From the NCBI GenBank assembly GCA_018269055.1, contig JAFDVI010000001.1, positions 69,443-133,442 on the forward strand: a stretch of 64,000 bases of DNA, written 5' to 3'. The notes below the pieces were generated by a model. It was not told the origin of the DNA, did not search any database, and saw nothing but the letters and a program-made list of their open reading frames with translations. The position numbers and the translations under genes are program-made. Positions 38,546-49,538 of the stretch are shown here, piece after piece (position 1 is the stretch's first letter; each line of letters begins with the position of its first letter). This DNA comes from Acidobacteriota bacterium. GTDB lineage: Bacteria; Acidobacteriota; Blastocatellia; RBC074.

Positions 38546-38600
38546 CACACGAAGTTTCACGAAGAAGCGAATCAAACTTCGCGTTTCTTCGTGCGGCTTC
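38546..38600 (+). promoter_or_regulatory. Long imperfect hairpin with three 'cacgaag' repeats in the intergenic region
   Basis: Arms cacgaagaagcgaa and ttcgcgtttcttcgtg pair over a 6-nt loop, flanked by further cacgaag / cttcgtg copies. No clear U-tract follows. Confidence 0.35.
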
Positions 38601-38625
38601 GTGGGAGGAAATTTGGGAGATCAAA

Positions 38626-39780
38626 ATGGATCGTAGAGATTTCGTCAGGTTGTTGGCCGCGACTCCGTTGTCATCGGCGTTTCCGACGGCCAAACCCGGC
38701 GACAGAATCATTCCCAATTACAAAACGGTGACGCCGTACAAGCCTGCGGCTTCGCCGGGAATGCCCGGCCCTTATCCCGGCAGAGTCATTTCCGTGAAAT
38801 CGTCCAACTGTTTGGACGCGAGTGGTGACCACATCAACGCGGAAGTCGTTCACCAGATGATGACGCGCGGAATGACCGAACTGACCGGGGACAAGGACGC
38901 GCGCGATTCGTGGCGGCGATTCATTTCGCCGGATGACATCATCGGCATCAAGGTGAATGTCGGCGGGTATCCATGGGTTATGTCTTCGCCTGCCGTTGTC
39001 GCCGAATGCATTCGCAACCTGATGGCCATCGGCGTGAAACCGGAACAGATTTACATCTACGAACGGTTTCAAAATCAGATGGACGAAGCCAACTATAAAC
39101 CTCATATTCCCGAAGGCGTGCAAATTCACGCCGCCGAAGGCCGCAACGAACGGTCGGACAACAATCGCTACGATCCATTTGTATATGCCGAAGCCTGTTT
39201 TTTTGGAGAAGAAGACACGCGGTCGAACATGATGCGCCTGATATCGCAGCGCGTGACCAAGATCATCAACATTCCCAACATGAAAGATCACGGCGCAACA
39301 GGTGTGACCGGCTGTTTGAAGAATGTCGCCTATGGCGGATTTTCCAACGTCGCGCGCTCACATCAACATGGAGTGACGCACACATATTCATTCGTACCGA
39401 CACTGACGGCAATGGAGCCGCTGCGGTCAAAAGTCGTGCTGAACATTATGGATGGCATTCGTGCGTGTTGGCACGGCGGGCCGTTCGCCCGAACCAAACG
39501 ATACGTCTTTTATCCGAAGCAAATCTGGTTCGGCACGGATCCGGTGGCGCTGGATCGGTTGCTGGTGGATTTGATTGACAACGAACGCAAATCCCGCAAG
39601 GCCATTTCGATCTGGGATCGCGACCGAAAATCCCTGGATTTCATCAACGGCGGCAATCGCGACCGTGACCCGAACGTCAACATCTTGATCCGCGAACCCG
39701 GCCACGTGGATTACGCAGCGAAACTGGGACTGGGAATTTCCGACCTGAAGCAAATCAAACAGAAGGAAGTTGAAATATGA
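38626..39780 (+). CDS. DUF362-family protein with a Tat signal peptide
   Basis: Twin-arginine motif MDRRDFVRLLAA. The core IIGIKVNVGG...KDHGATGVTGCLKN is DUF362-like. Confidence 0.55.
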   Translation: MDRRDFVRLLAATPLSSAFPTAKPGDRIIPNYKTVTPYKPAASPGMPGPYPGRVISVKSSNCLDASGDHINAEVVHQMMTRGMTELTGDKDARDSWRRFISPDDIIGIKVNVGGYPWVMSSPAVVAECIRNLMAIGVKPEQIYIYERFQNQMDEANYKPHIPEGVQIHAAEGRNERSDNNRYDPFVYAEACFFGEEDTRSNMMRLISQRVTKIINIPNMKDHGATGVTGCLKNVAYGGFSNVARSHQHGVTHTYSFVPTLTAMEPLRSKVVLNIMDGIRACWHGGPFARTKRYVFYPKQIWFGTDPVALDRLLVDLIDNERKSRKAISIWDRDRKSLDFINGGNRDRDPNVNILIREPGHVDYAAKLGLGISDLKQIKQKEVEI

Positions 39781-40712
39781 AGCTGCTGGCAATCATATTG
39801 CCGCTGATCTTTTGGCAGGGCGGCATTGAAACGGTTCCGGCGTTAAAACAGGCGGGAATCGAACGCCTTGCGGTCGCGTCGGAAAAAGCCGATGCCTGGC
39901 GCAAAGCCGGGTTCGATGTTGTGCCGATGACCGAAACCGAATTGAAATCCCGCGAAAAGCTGTTAACGCCCGGCGCTGCCGGACGCCCTGGTTTGGCGGC
40001 GGCAACAGGTCGTCCGTGGGTGGACGCCAACGGTTGGCAATTTACACGCAATCCTGCGGGCAAGTTTTATTACGAACTGCCCAAGGGGCGCGCGGCGCTG
40101 GCGGTTGCCGAAAGCTTCGCTTACAACGCCGACACGGTTCTGAAAATTGACCCCGCCGATTTGGCCGAAGTCGGTCGCATGTTGGCGTTTTTGAAATCAG
40201 TTCCCGCAAACGAAGATTTGCCGCTCATTGCCGACATTGGCGTCATTGACGACGGTTCAAAACTGGTCGGCGAAGTGATGAACCTGCTTTCGCGCCGCAA
40301 CCTGCTGTTCAAACCTGTCAAAGCGGCTTCGCCTCGGCTCAAGTTGACCATTCAACTCGGAACCAAAGCTTATCCCAGAGCCGCAGCCGCCGACCCGAAC
40401 GAATTCGCCCAATCCATTCGCAAACGGCTGACCGACGAAGCCAGAACCTTGCGGATTTATGGCAGCGAAGTCGTTGTCGCTCGATTGACCGGTGACGACA
40501 AACACATCCGATTGCATTTGTTGAATTACGGACGGCGCGATTTTGATGGAACGCGAATCCGGCTTTTGGGCATTTTCGGCAAAGGCAACGTCTTTGTTTC
40601 CGGACAGGGAAAATCCGAACTAATGGATTTCGTAGTGATCGGGCAAACCACTGAATTTTCTATTCCGCGAATGAGCACTTACGCGGTGATTGATTTATCA
40701 TTGGCTAAATAA
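39777..40712 (+). CDS. Hypothetical protein, translationally coupled to the DUF362 gene
   Basis: ATGA overlap at 39777-39780. 311 aa. I recognise no domain. Confidence 0.45.
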   Translation: MKLLAIILPLIFWQGGIETVPALKQAGIERLAVASEKADAWRKAGFDVVPMTETELKSREKLLTPGAAGRPGLAAATGRPWVDANGWQFTRNPAGKFYYELPKGRAALAVAESFAYNADTVLKIDPADLAEVGRMLAFLKSVPANEDLPLIADIGVIDDGSKLVGEVMNLLSRRNLLFKPVKAASPRLKLTIQLGTKAYPRAAAADPNEFAQSIRKRLTDEARTLRIYGSEVVVARLTGDDKHIRLHLLNYGRRDFDGTRIRLLGIFGKGNVFVSGQGKSELMDFVVIGQTTEFSIPRMSTYAVIDLSLAK

Positions 40713-40930
40713 CCAGTTTACGAACAACGCTGGCTTGGGAATTGCCTCACTGTGGGCGAGATTTGATATTTGAACGTTCGGTTGAGTAAAAACGCTCGAA
40801 CAAGCCCGCAGAGGGAGGTCCCGTGAGTAAATTTACGCAATCCATCGAACGTCATTGTTAATAATACGTAGTAATTCTGATTCCAATAAAAACTTCTTCC
40901 GAAACTTTTCGGATGGATAAGGAGTAGCTT

Positions 40931-41998
40931 ATGCGAACTCTGAAAATCTTTTTTGTCGCTGCTTTTTTAATCGCGCCGCTATCACCGGTGGTTTCATCGA
41001 AGATGACGGCGTTGATGACAAGGTTTTCAGCCAATTCTTCAACCGTTGAGGCTGCGGCGGTTTCCGATCCGAAGCAGTCCAAACCCATTGACGCTGGGCA
41101 GTATGTCGGCAGCGAATCTTGCGCCGAATGCCACGGCGGCGAAGCCACCCATTATGCGTTGACGGCGCACGCTAAAACCAAGGTATTAAATTCTCCAGTT
41201 GATAAAACCGGATGCGAAGCCTGTCACGGCCCAGCACGCGGGCACCTGGACTTTTACCTGGCCATTCAGAAACTCAACCAAGCCGGGAAGGAAGACGAAG
41301 CCACGGCGTTGATGAATGACACGGCCAAAGCCGCCGCCGCCAAATTGAACTCCTTCAAGGAAATGTCCGCCGCCCAATCCACGGCTATTTGCCTGAAGTG
41401 CCACGAAGGTTCTCAAGGGAAAAGCGAAGAGCGATTCAACTATCGTCGCAGCGAGCATTCCCGGCACGGCGTGTCCTGCAATGATTGCCATTCATCGCAT
41501 GAACCCAAGCGGACGGAATTTCTGTTGAAAGGCACGGAACCCAATCTGTGTTATCAATGCCACGCCGAACAAAAGGCGTCTTTCTCCAAACCGTTCCACC
41601 ACAAAGTTCCCGAAGGCGGAATGAAATGCTCCGATTGCCACAATCAACATGGCGGTTTTATGGGCAAATCGCTTCGCAATTCGGTTACCGGCGATGCAGC
41701 CTGCATCAAATGCCACGCCGACAAAGCGGGACCATTTGTGTTTGAACACGCACCGGTCAAAGTCGAAGGTTGCCAGGCTTGCCACACGCCACACGGTTCA
41801 ACCAATCCGAAATTGCTAACCCGAAACACAATCCGATTCCTGTGCATTGAATGCCATTCCAACACAGCCGGACTGGAGGTTGACGGAACCGGAATTGGCG
41901 GCGCGGCGACACATGACCAGTCGCAATTGCGTTATCAAAACTGCACGGCCTGTCACATTGAAATTCACGGTTCGAATAAAAACCGAGCCTTCCGCTAA
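40931..41998 (+). CDS. Decaheme c-type cytochrome (MtrA/DmsE/PioA-like periplasmic multiheme cytochrome)
   Basis: Ten CxxCH motifs in 355 aa (CAECH, CEACH, CLKCH, CNDCH, CYQCH, CSDCH, CIKCH, CQACH, CIECH, CTACH). Has a signal peptide and an AAGGAG RBS. Confidence 0.85.
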   Translation: MRTLKIFFVAAFLIAPLSPVVSSKMTALMTRFSANSSTVEAAAVSDPKQSKPIDAGQYVGSESCAECHGGEATHYALTAHAKTKVLNSPVDKTGCEACHGPARGHLDFYLAIQKLNQAGKEDEATALMNDTAKAAAAKLNSFKEMSAAQSTAICLKCHEGSQGKSEERFNYRRSEHSRHGVSCNDCHSSHEPKRTEFLLKGTEPNLCYQCHAEQKASFSKPFHHKVPEGGMKCSDCHNQHGGFMGKSLRNSVTGDAACIKCHADKAGPFVFEHAPVKVEGCQACHTPHGSTNPKLLTRNTIRFLCIECHSNTAGLEVDGTGIGGAATHDQSQLRYQNCTACHIEIHGSNKNRAFR

Positions 41999-42012
41999 GA
42001 AAAGGAGACAAG

Positions 42013-44160
42013 ATGAAAACATATCGTCATCCAATTCGTTTATGGCTCTCCCGGACTTGCGTGGGGGCAATCACGGTGATGTTGATCGCATTTGGCGCGC
42101 TCACCTACGCCCAAAGCGTAGAAAAAGCAGAAACCAGTCAGCAGGCCAGAGAGGCCGAAAGCGAACTGGAACGCGCCAAAGCCATCGTCACCAAACCACA
42201 AGACAACAAACCCAGCAAACCAGAAACAGGGCGCACATGGGGGATTTATTCCACGACCAGTTCGCTTGAATTAGGGTATCGGTTCGTTGACACCAGCGGC
42301 AGCATTTCCCGCTATCTGTCGGACGTCAACGTTCGCGATGGATTCCGCGTCCTGGAATCTTCGTTGGATATGCGCGCCCAACCCGGCACAGGAATTCTGT
42401 TTGATTACCTGCACGCCGACGTAAACAACGCGGGCGGTGATCAAGCCCAGACATTCTCCTTGCGAATGGACAAAACGAAATGGTACCGCTTCGATGGTAA
42501 CGTTCGGCGATTCAATTACTACCGTTCGCTTGGCCCGAATTTCGCGCTCGGTTTGCGGGATTACGACCTGCGCCAACAGGTTTCGGATTTCAATCTGAAA
42601 TTGTTGCCGCAACGCGCCGTTCGTTTCAATCTGGGATACGGTCGCAGCATGGCCAAAGGCCGCTATACCCCGACGTACTATTCTCAAAGCGATATTTTCC
42701 AGCTTTTGGGCGACACCCGCTGGGAATCCAATGATTATCGGTTGGGAATGGATGCAAGCTACCGTAGGTGGAACTTCAACGTGGAACAACTATATCGCGA
42801 GTTCCGCAATAACCCTGAGCTGACGACCAAAACCGGCGGCGATCTGGGATTCAACGCCACGGACAACGGCAAACTCGCCACGCTGACCCGTGTTACGCCC
42901 CTGCGTTCTCACGCTCTGGTATCCAGAGCCAGCATCAACGGAAGCATCACGGATGATTTGCATCTGGTCTTTCGTGCGTTACACGATGAAGAGCGGATGA
43001 CGGGGCAATACGCCGAAGTCCTGACCGGAACCAGCAGCACTAACCTGCCGGTTCTGTCTGCGACCATCAACTTTCCCAATGCCGGCGCTACGATAAAACG
43101 GCCCAGCGACAAAGTTGATGCGGGAATCAGCTATGACCTGGGCAAACATTTCACCATCAGTGATACGTTTAGCTATACGGCCTTCAAAATTCTTGGCTAC
43201 GGTGAAGTCCTGACAACCACAATGACGCGAGCTGCGTCCGGCAACACGACCACGTCGTTTTCCGATGTGATCAACAAAGATTACCTGACAGATCTGACCT
43301 CTTACTGGAATACCCTGGAATTGGGCATGACCTGGAGCCGAAAATTCAGCGCGAATCTGGGATGGCGCGCTCAGCAGCGCGACGTAACCCTGTTAGGCAC
43401 CCGCCTGACAGTGACCAGCCCGCTTTCAGCGTCGAATCCGGCCCTCAAGAACGAAGAGGAATCCATCGGCACGCACGCGTTCATCGGCGGAATGCGGGTT
43501 CGCCCGACGAAACAGACGAGCTTTATGTTCGATGTGGAAAAGGGTGAAAATAACAACGCTTTCGTCCGAATCAACCCGCTCGACTACACACGCTTCCGTG
43601 TGAGAGCGCAGGTACAGGTCAGTGACAAACTGCAATTTTCGGGCGTCTTCACCTCACTGGATAAGACCAACCCGACGCCGCAGGTTAACAACGATTCGAA
43701 TTCGCGCAGTTATACGATTGCCGTCAATTATGAACCCAAACAACGGGTGATGATTGACTTGGGATACGATTACCATCATCTGGATGCCCAGGGAGGCATC
43801 GTGTACAGAATTCCGATCAATGGTGTCACCACACAGGTCACCGGGACATCGTATTACTATGCGCGGATCAATTCCTTTTATGCCAACACGCGGTTTGGGT
43901 TGACCAACCGGCTCGATCTTTTGATGGCCTATTACTACATCATGGATCGTGGCGCACCGACGGTTTCTTTGGGGCCAAACGATTTCGTGAATTCGTACCC
44001 ACTGAGACGGCATAACCCGGAAGCCCGATTGGCCTATCGGTTCACGAACAACGTGACCGGCAACTTGAGTTACCGGCACTACAGCTACAACGAACGCGAT
44101 TACTCGGTGCAGGATTACCGCTCGAACATCCTGACAACCAGTTTGCGATTCACTTTCTAA
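42013..44160 (+). CDS. Large outer-membrane beta-barrel protein (MtrB/PioB-like porin partner of the upstream cytochrome)
   Basis: 715 aa. Has a signal peptide and alternating amphipathic beta-strand periodicity rich in Y/G/T/N. The C-terminal OMP beta-signal ends in ...LRFTF. An AAGGAG RBS lies 14 bp after the cytochrome stop. Confidence 0.7.
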   Translation: MKTYRHPIRLWLSRTCVGAITVMLIAFGALTYAQSVEKAETSQQAREAESELERAKAIVTKPQDNKPSKPETGRTWGIYSTTSSLELGYRFVDTSGSISRYLSDVNVRDGFRVLESSLDMRAQPGTGILFDYLHADVNNAGGDQAQTFSLRMDKTKWYRFDGNVRRFNYYRSLGPNFALGLRDYDLRQQVSDFNLKLLPQRAVRFNLGYGRSMAKGRYTPTYYSQSDIFQLLGDTRWESNDYRLGMDASYRRWNFNVEQLYREFRNNPELTTKTGGDLGFNATDNGKLATLTRVTPLRSHALVSRASINGSITDDLHLVFRALHDEERMTGQYAEVLTGTSSTNLPVLSATINFPNAGATIKRPSDKVDAGISYDLGKHFTISDTFSYTAFKILGYGEVLTTTMTRAASGNTTTSFSDVINKDYLTDLTSYWNTLELGMTWSRKFSANLGWRAQQRDVTLLGTRLTVTSPLSASNPALKNEEESIGTHAFIGGMRVRPTKQTSFMFDVEKGENNNAFVRINPLDYTRFRVRAQVQVSDKLQFSGVFTSLDKTNPTPQVNNDSNSRSYTIAVNYEPKQRVMIDLGYDYHHLDAQGGIVYRIPINGVTTQVTGTSYYYARINSFYANTRFGLTNRLDLLMAYYYIMDRGAPTVSLGPNDFVNSYPLRRHNPEARLAYRFTNNVTGNLSYRHYSYNERDYSVQDYRSNILTTSLRFTF

Positions 44161-44183
44161 CTTCGACTAACACCGGCTGAAGC

Positions 44184-44221
44184 AAAAGGCGCAGGCATTA
44201 AACCTGCGCCTTTTGTTTTTG
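44184..44221. terminator. Bidirectional intrinsic terminator
   Basis: aaaaGGCGCAGGcattaaaCCTGCGCCttttgttttt: a perfect 8-bp GC stem with an A-tract upstream and a T-tract downstream. It serves the + strand beta-barrel gene and the convergent - strand gene. Confidence 0.8.
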
Positions 44222-44272
44222 TTCAATCGTCCGTTCTCTTCAGATTCTTTTCTCTACCTTCAGCCAACCTTT

Positions 44273-45157
44273 TCACATAGGCAGCGCGAAGCGCGGTTGA
44301 TAAAGACCATCGGTTAGCACAGCGGTCTCTTGAAAAAGTTGCACTACGCTTTTGACGGCGTCGTCGAGTTCCGCCGCCGAACTCCCCAGATGCGCCAACG
44401 TTTGTTGAACACGCGGGGCGAACGCGCGCGGTGACAATGCGAATTCAGCGACCTCAGCCAGCGCCGTCTTGTCATTGAGCAGGTACTGACGATTTAAGGC
44501 GAACAACACCAGGATCAGTTGATTTACCGCGCGCGTCAGGCAAGCGGCAGTCCCGTAAGCATCCTCACGAGCCGCAAATTTGCGCGCAAACGCCGCCAGG
44601 TTGAATTCCACCTGCCAGAGATAATCCTGCACCACCGCCCGGCGCAGCTCTTCTGGGTAATTCGCTACGCGTTGCTTCAGCACATCAAGCCGGGCATCAG
44701 GATCGAACAAGGGGATACAAATCGAGGTTTCGCCGAGGTAGGTTCCGCTGAAAAACCCGAAAGGCGGTTGCTGGGCATAATCAAGCGCGTAACGCCCGGC
44801 TTCCGCCTCGGCAATGACCCGCTCCACATGTTCCAGACTGCGGTAAATGAAATCCACGCGCTGCCCGCCAATGGTTAGCCACGCCCCGCCGTTGACCCAA
44901 GGGCCCCAGCCGTAAAAGTCCGTCACCACAGGATTGGCGGTATCATTGATGGATTCAGCCAGTTCGCGAATGTGTCGAATCGAAAAAGGAGAAGCCTCGG
45001 AATAGAACAAGCCAAGATCAATATCCGACCCGGTTTTAGCGCGTCCACGCGCATGTGAACCGCCCAGGACAACGGCCATGATTCCACTGACCACACGAAG
45101 CTGCTCTGTAAGAGAAGACAATAATTCGCGTTGTTCCGTTGAGAGTTGCTTCATCAT
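44273..45157 (-). CDS. Nucleotidyltransferase-domain protein (Pol-beta superfamily; ANT/KNTase-like)
   Basis: NTase motif GSHARGRAKTGSDIDL (GS-x9-DxD) with a C-terminal helical substrate-binding domain. Confidence 0.6.
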   Translation of the reverse strand: MMKQLSTEQRELLSSLTEQLRVVSGIMAVVLGGSHARGRAKTGSDIDLGLFYSEASPFSIRHIRELAESINDTANPVVTDFYGWGPWVNGGAWLTIGGQRVDFIYRSLEHVERVIAEAEAGRYALDYAQQPPFGFFSGTYLGETSICIPLFDPDARLDVLKQRVANYPEELRRAVVQDYLWQVEFNLAAFARKFAAREDAYGTAACLTRAVNQLILVLFALNRQYLLNDKTALAEVAEFALSPRAFAPRVQQTLAHLGSSAAELDDAVKSVVQLFQETAVLTDGLYQPRFALPM

Positions 45158-45278
45158 GAAGGCTCCTGCCTGAATGCCGCGCTAAAAGTCGCGACGTGAT
45201 TCAGGGAATTACCACTCAGGTTTTTGATTTTGTCCAGCGAACTCTCGACGAATCACACAATCACTTTCTGGTTGCCGA

Positions 45279-46916
45279 TCAATAATTCATGCCAATGATC
45301 TCACCGCGATCGTCCACATCCAGCTTGGCGGCTTGCGGAACTTTTGGCAGCCCCGGCATCAACATCATCGAACCGGCAACCACAACGACAAAGCCTGCTC
45401 CAGCGGACAGGTGGGCATCGGTCGCCGTCATCGTCCACCCCTTGGGGGCACCCAGGACTTTCGGATTGTCCGATAGTGACGAAGGCGTTTTGGCAATGCA
45501 CACCGGCAATTGACTAAAACCAAGCGCCGCGAATTTCTTCAGCTTCTTGCGGGCTTCGGAATCAAAATACACCGACCCTGCGCCATAGATTTCTTTGGCT
45601 ACGCGTTCGACTTTTTCTTCCAACCCCAATTCCGCCGGGTAAAGAGAAGTCACGGTTTCCGCATCGCTGGTGTCGGCAACGGCCATGACTTTCGCGGCCA
45701 ATTCCATCGCGCCCTCACCGCCTTTGGTGTAAACCTCGACGATGGCGCTCTCGACTTTGGCTTCGCGGCAAAATTCCTTTATCGCGGCAACTTCTTCGTC
45801 CGTATCGGTGGTAAAGCGATTGATGGCGACCACGACCGGAACTTTGTACTTGCGCAGGTTTTCCAGGTGTTTTGCCAAATTTGCCAACCCGCGCCGCAAA
45901 TTGTTCAAGCTCGTGTCATCAGGAAAATCCGCCGAACCGCCGTGCGCGGCCAAGGCTCTGGCTGTGGCAATCAACACGGCGGCAGAAGGTTTCAAGCCGG
46001 ATTTCGGCATGACCAGGTCGAAGTATTTTTCCGCGCCGAGGTCGGCTCCAAAACCGGACTCATTGATCACGTAATCCGCCAGTTTCATCGCCATCTTTTG
46101 TGAAATGACACTGCTGGTTCCGTGCGCAATGTTGGCGAATGGGCCTGTGTGAACAAACGCAGGCGTGCCTTCGGTCGTTTGCGCCAGATTCGGCATGATC
46201 GCTTCGTTGAGCAACACCATCAGCGCGCCGGTCACATGCAAATCCTTTGCGCGAATCATCTGTCCGTCCAGGTTGTACCCCAAAACGATCTCATCCAGTC
46301 GGCGACGCAAATCTTCGCGCGATTTGGCCAGCCCCATAATCGCCATGACTTCGGAAGCTGCCGTGATCACAAACCCGGTTTCGCGCGGAACCCCATTCAT
46401 TTTGCCGCCTAATCCGACGATGATATGCCGCAATGCGCGGTCGTTCATATCCATCGTGCGCGGCCAGAAGATGTTGTCCACATCAAAACGCAACTCATTG
46501 CCGTGATGCAGATGCGAATCAATTGCCGCTGCCAGCAAATTGTGCGCAGTCGTCATAGCGTGAAAGTCTCCGGTGAAATGCAGGTTGATGCGCTCTGCGG
46601 GCAACACTTGCGATTTTCCGCCGCCTGTTGCCCCGCCCTTCAATCCGAACACTGGCCCCAACGACGGTTCGCGCAACGTTACAATCGGACGTTTGCCGTG
46701 GCGCTCGATCGCCTGCGCCAGCCCGATGGAAACGACGGTTTTGCCTTCGCCGTGGCTGGTCGGTGTCATCGCGGTCACCATAATAAATTTGGCCTGTTTC
46801 GGCGATTTCCATTCGGTCAACAATTCCATTTTCAGCTTGGCCATGTGCTGGCCGTAATACACCAGATAATCATTTGGGATATTCAGTTTTTCAGCGATTC
46901 GTTTAATTGGGAGCAT
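45279..46916 (-). CDS. fhs: Formate--tetrahydrofolate ligase
   Basis: 545 aa. FTHFS motifs are PTSHGEGKTVVSIGL and GLKGGATGGG. Identity is clear over the full length. Confidence 0.9.
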   Translation of the reverse strand: MLPIKRIAEKLNIPNDYLVYYGQHMAKLKMELLTEWKSPKQAKFIMVTAMTPTSHGEGKTVVSIGLAQAIERHGKRPIVTLREPSLGPVFGLKGGATGGGKSQVLPAERINLHFTGDFHAMTTAHNLLAAAIDSHLHHGNELRFDVDNIFWPRTMDMNDRALRHIIVGLGGKMNGVPRETGFVITAASEVMAIMGLAKSREDLRRRLDEIVLGYNLDGQMIRAKDLHVTGALMVLLNEAIMPNLAQTTEGTPAFVHTGPFANIAHGTSSVISQKMAMKLADYVINESGFGADLGAEKYFDLVMPKSGLKPSAAVLIATARALAAHGGSADFPDDTSLNNLRRGLANLAKHLENLRKYKVPVVVAINRFTTDTDEEVAAIKEFCREAKVESAIVEVYTKGGEGAMELAAKVMAVADTSDAETVTSLYPAELGLEEKVERVAKEIYGAGSVYFDSEARKKLKKFAALGFSQLPVCIAKTPSSLSDNPKVLGAPKGWTMTATDAHLSAGAGFVVVVAGSMMLMPGLPKVPQAAKLDVDDRGEIIGMNY

Positions 46917-46960
46917 GTGAAACCTCCATTTGGATGATTGCAGTTTTTGACATCAAATGT

Positions 46961-48355
46961 TTACGATTCTTCCAGCACAAAAAAACCGGTTTCTCCGCCG
47001 CCGGAAGTCACATTCACAATCGGAGAATCCGACAATCGCACCATCGCGCCATGAACCTGGCCGCGAAACAGAAACGGGTTTGTATCCACGAACATCGGTT
47101 GCAGCGTCCAACTGCTTTCGTTGAAGACGGGAAACTCCTCGGTTTGCAGTTCCAGTCTTTCCTGGGCGATGTAATCGCCGCCCAGCGCTTGTTGCAGCGC
47201 TTGTTCCCATTCGCTCTGGCTTAATTGGTCGCCAAAGAAAATGCCGTGGCCGCCGTAATCATCGTTCGGTTTCAAAATGAATTCGGTTCGATGCCGTCGA
47301 AGATGTTCCAGCCAATCCACGTTTTGATGGCGATAGGTTGTTTTTCGATCCAGGACGCGCCGCGTCCACGGCACACAACTTTGGATCACTTTCTGTTCTT
47401 TGCTTGTGAACCAGTGCTGATTGGCATCATCGGTCAGCAATTCAAAACAGGCTTTTTTGTGCAGGAGCTTGCAGCGAAGCGGGTTGACCAGGCACACGGC
47501 GCGATCGGCATAAGCGCGAATCAACGGGTGCTCATCATCATACCGATTCAGAAATTCGTGAATGACGATCCGTTTGTAAACCAGATCAATCCGAAAATTG
47601 CCGCGCCGCAATCGTCCCTGGCTGTATTCGATTTCATCCGGCGTGCAAATGATCGTCGGAATGCCACGACCAACCAGATAATTTCGCAACAAGATAAATT
47701 CGTGATGCGTCGGCAGGTCAGCCCAATCCAGAATGGCGATATTTGGCTTCCCTGTTCCGCCCCATTCTTTGAATGTGGTCAACAGCGAATCCACCAATCT
47801 GGAAACAGGCGAAAACTGCTGCAAGCGGTATCGTTCCGCCAGCAATTGCAAGGCGCGAACTTCAAATAAGACCTGATTCAACCCTGCCTGATCTGTCAGG
47901 CTGGACGGATTTTCAGCGTTGTATTCGACGAACTTGATCTGGTCGCCTTGAACAAAGGCATCCAATCGCGTGTTGATGGCCGGCATGGAATACCCAGGAT
48001 GTATCCCGGCCAGAAACCGTTCCCTGTCGCTGACTCCGATTCGGTTCATCAGCAATGGTTCCGCGATCATCGCTGCCGCCAATTTATCGAAGGCTCCGAC
48101 CAATATCTGGGATTGATCACGAAGCAATTCATATTGCTGCCGGGTTAGAAAATGCGGTCGCAGAGAAATTCCCAGTTCCCGATTGCCATACAGCAATCGG
48201 TTCGCGCTCATTCCCTGTTTCAGTCGCGCGAACAACTCCGTGGTCAACGATTCATCGCCAGCCAACAGTTCGTGATATTCGGCAATCGCTTTTTCGCGCA
48301 TGCCTTCTGAATACCAATCCGCGTGCCACACCAAGGCGAATCCACTCAACAGCAA
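46961..48355 (-). CDS. Circularly permuted ATP-grasp (type 2)-like protein
   Basis: 464 aa. Composition and motifs resemble the COG2308 / DUF404-DUF407 family. I assign this by overall pattern only. Confidence 0.45.
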   Translation of the reverse strand: MLLSGFALVWHADWYSEGMREKAIAEYHELLAGDESLTTELFARLKQGMSANRLLYGNRELGISLRPHFLTRQQYELLRDQSQILVGAFDKLAAAMIAEPLLMNRIGVSDRERFLAGIHPGYSMPAINTRLDAFVQGDQIKFVEYNAENPSSLTDQAGLNQVLFEVRALQLLAERYRLQQFSPVSRLVDSLLTTFKEWGGTGKPNIAILDWADLPTHHEFILLRNYLVGRGIPTIICTPDEIEYSQGRLRRGNFRIDLVYKRIVIHEFLNRYDDEHPLIRAYADRAVCLVNPLRCKLLHKKACFELLTDDANQHWFTSKEQKVIQSCVPWTRRVLDRKTTYRHQNVDWLEHLRRHRTEFILKPNDDYGGHGIFFGDQLSQSEWEQALQQALGGDYIAQERLELQTEEFPVFNESSWTLQPMFVDTNPFLFRGQVHGAMVRLSDSPIVNVTSGGGETGFFVLEES

Positions 48356-48683
48356 TATGTTGAATGCATTCGCAGAACAAACGCCGCGTTACAGTTGAAC
48401 TGATTGGTTTTTAGACGACAAGAAAATTCGGCGGTCGGTTTCGCGTTGGCTCAGCAATTGCCTCGTGAAGTACGTAAGTTGATATTTGCAGGGATTGGCA
48501 GAGCAGAATTCCTCAATGCGGCTCAAAATTGCGCAAACAAACGCAAGTTTTCGCAACCATTGCCGCGATCTGCTAACAAATGCTGAATGCGCGCAATCCC
48601 GACTTACAACAATTTTCAGGCGGGAAAATGCCGATTTTCTTTTCTCGCCTGGTTTCCCAGTGTTTCAAGAAAGGAAGCAGGAT

Positions 48684-49493
48684 ATGTATAAGAAACTTTC
48701 CGTGGTTTTCTTGTTCGCATTCTTTGCTGTCGTTGTGCTTTTTGGCTCTGGGGTAAAAGCCATTTCATCTCAGGACCTGCAGGCGGAATTCAAGGACAAC
48801 AATTGCGTGTTATGCCATGCCAGATTGTCCTCGCCCTATCGTCTGACCAGTCGTTATGCGGAATGGCAACTCTCGACTCATAAGGAGAAATCTGTCGGCT
48901 GCGAGAAATGCCACGGAGGTGACCCAGGAAGCAAAGATGAAAAACGGGCGCACGTCGGAATTCTTTCCCCACAGGATACTCAAAGCAAATTGCACCAGAA
49001 GAATTTGCCTGAAACCTGTAACACGTGCCATCAATCCGTCGTCAGTTCATTTACCGAAAGCAAGCATTACCAAAAATTGAAAGAGGCGGGAGTCGGACCG
49101 AGTTGTTCCACTTGCCACGTTCACATGGCCTCGCAAGTCCTTTATACTCCCGAAGAGACGGCAGCAATGTGTTCGACTTGCCATAACTCGCCGAACAAAT
49201 TGATGCCGCTCCGACCGGAAATTCCTGAAAAAGCCAACGAGGTAATGCAAGCGATTCGCCGCGCAAGTACTGTTGTGCTGTGGGCGGATCGGCTCATCGA
49301 ACAGGCTGAAGCCAAAAAGATGGATGTTCGCGACGAAAAGAAAGAACAAAAAATTGCTCGGGCGGTAATGGCTGAGGCCAAATCCAGTTGGCATGCATTC
49401 AATCTCGATGCCGTCCGCAAAAAGGCGGACGATGCCTTTGCAATGAGCACAAAAGTAAAAGACTCAGTGCGGGCAAAGCTTTTTCCCCAATAA
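48684..49493 (+). CDS. Pentaheme c-type cytochrome
   Basis: Five CxxCH motifs (CVLCH, CEKCH, CNTCH, CSTCHV, CSTCHN). Has a signal peptide. An AAGGAAG RBS precedes the ATG at 48684. The ORF-track start at 48486 is an unsupported extension. Confidence 0.8.
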   Translation: MYKKLSVVFLFAFFAVVVLFGSGVKAISSQDLQAEFKDNNCVLCHARLSSPYRLTSRYAEWQLSTHKEKSVGCEKCHGGDPGSKDEKRAHVGILSPQDTQSKLHQKNLPETCNTCHQSVVSSFTESKHYQKLKEAGVGPSCSTCHVHMASQVLYTPEETAAMCSTCHNSPNKLMPLRPEIPEKANEVMQAIRRASTVVLWADRLIEQAEAKKMDVRDEKKEQKIARAVMAEAKSSWHAFNLDAVRKKADDAFAMSTKVKDSVRAKLFPQ

Positions 49494-49538
49494 CAAACCC
49501 CGATCAGACCGCAATTTTTTGCGGAAGGAGACAATTAA

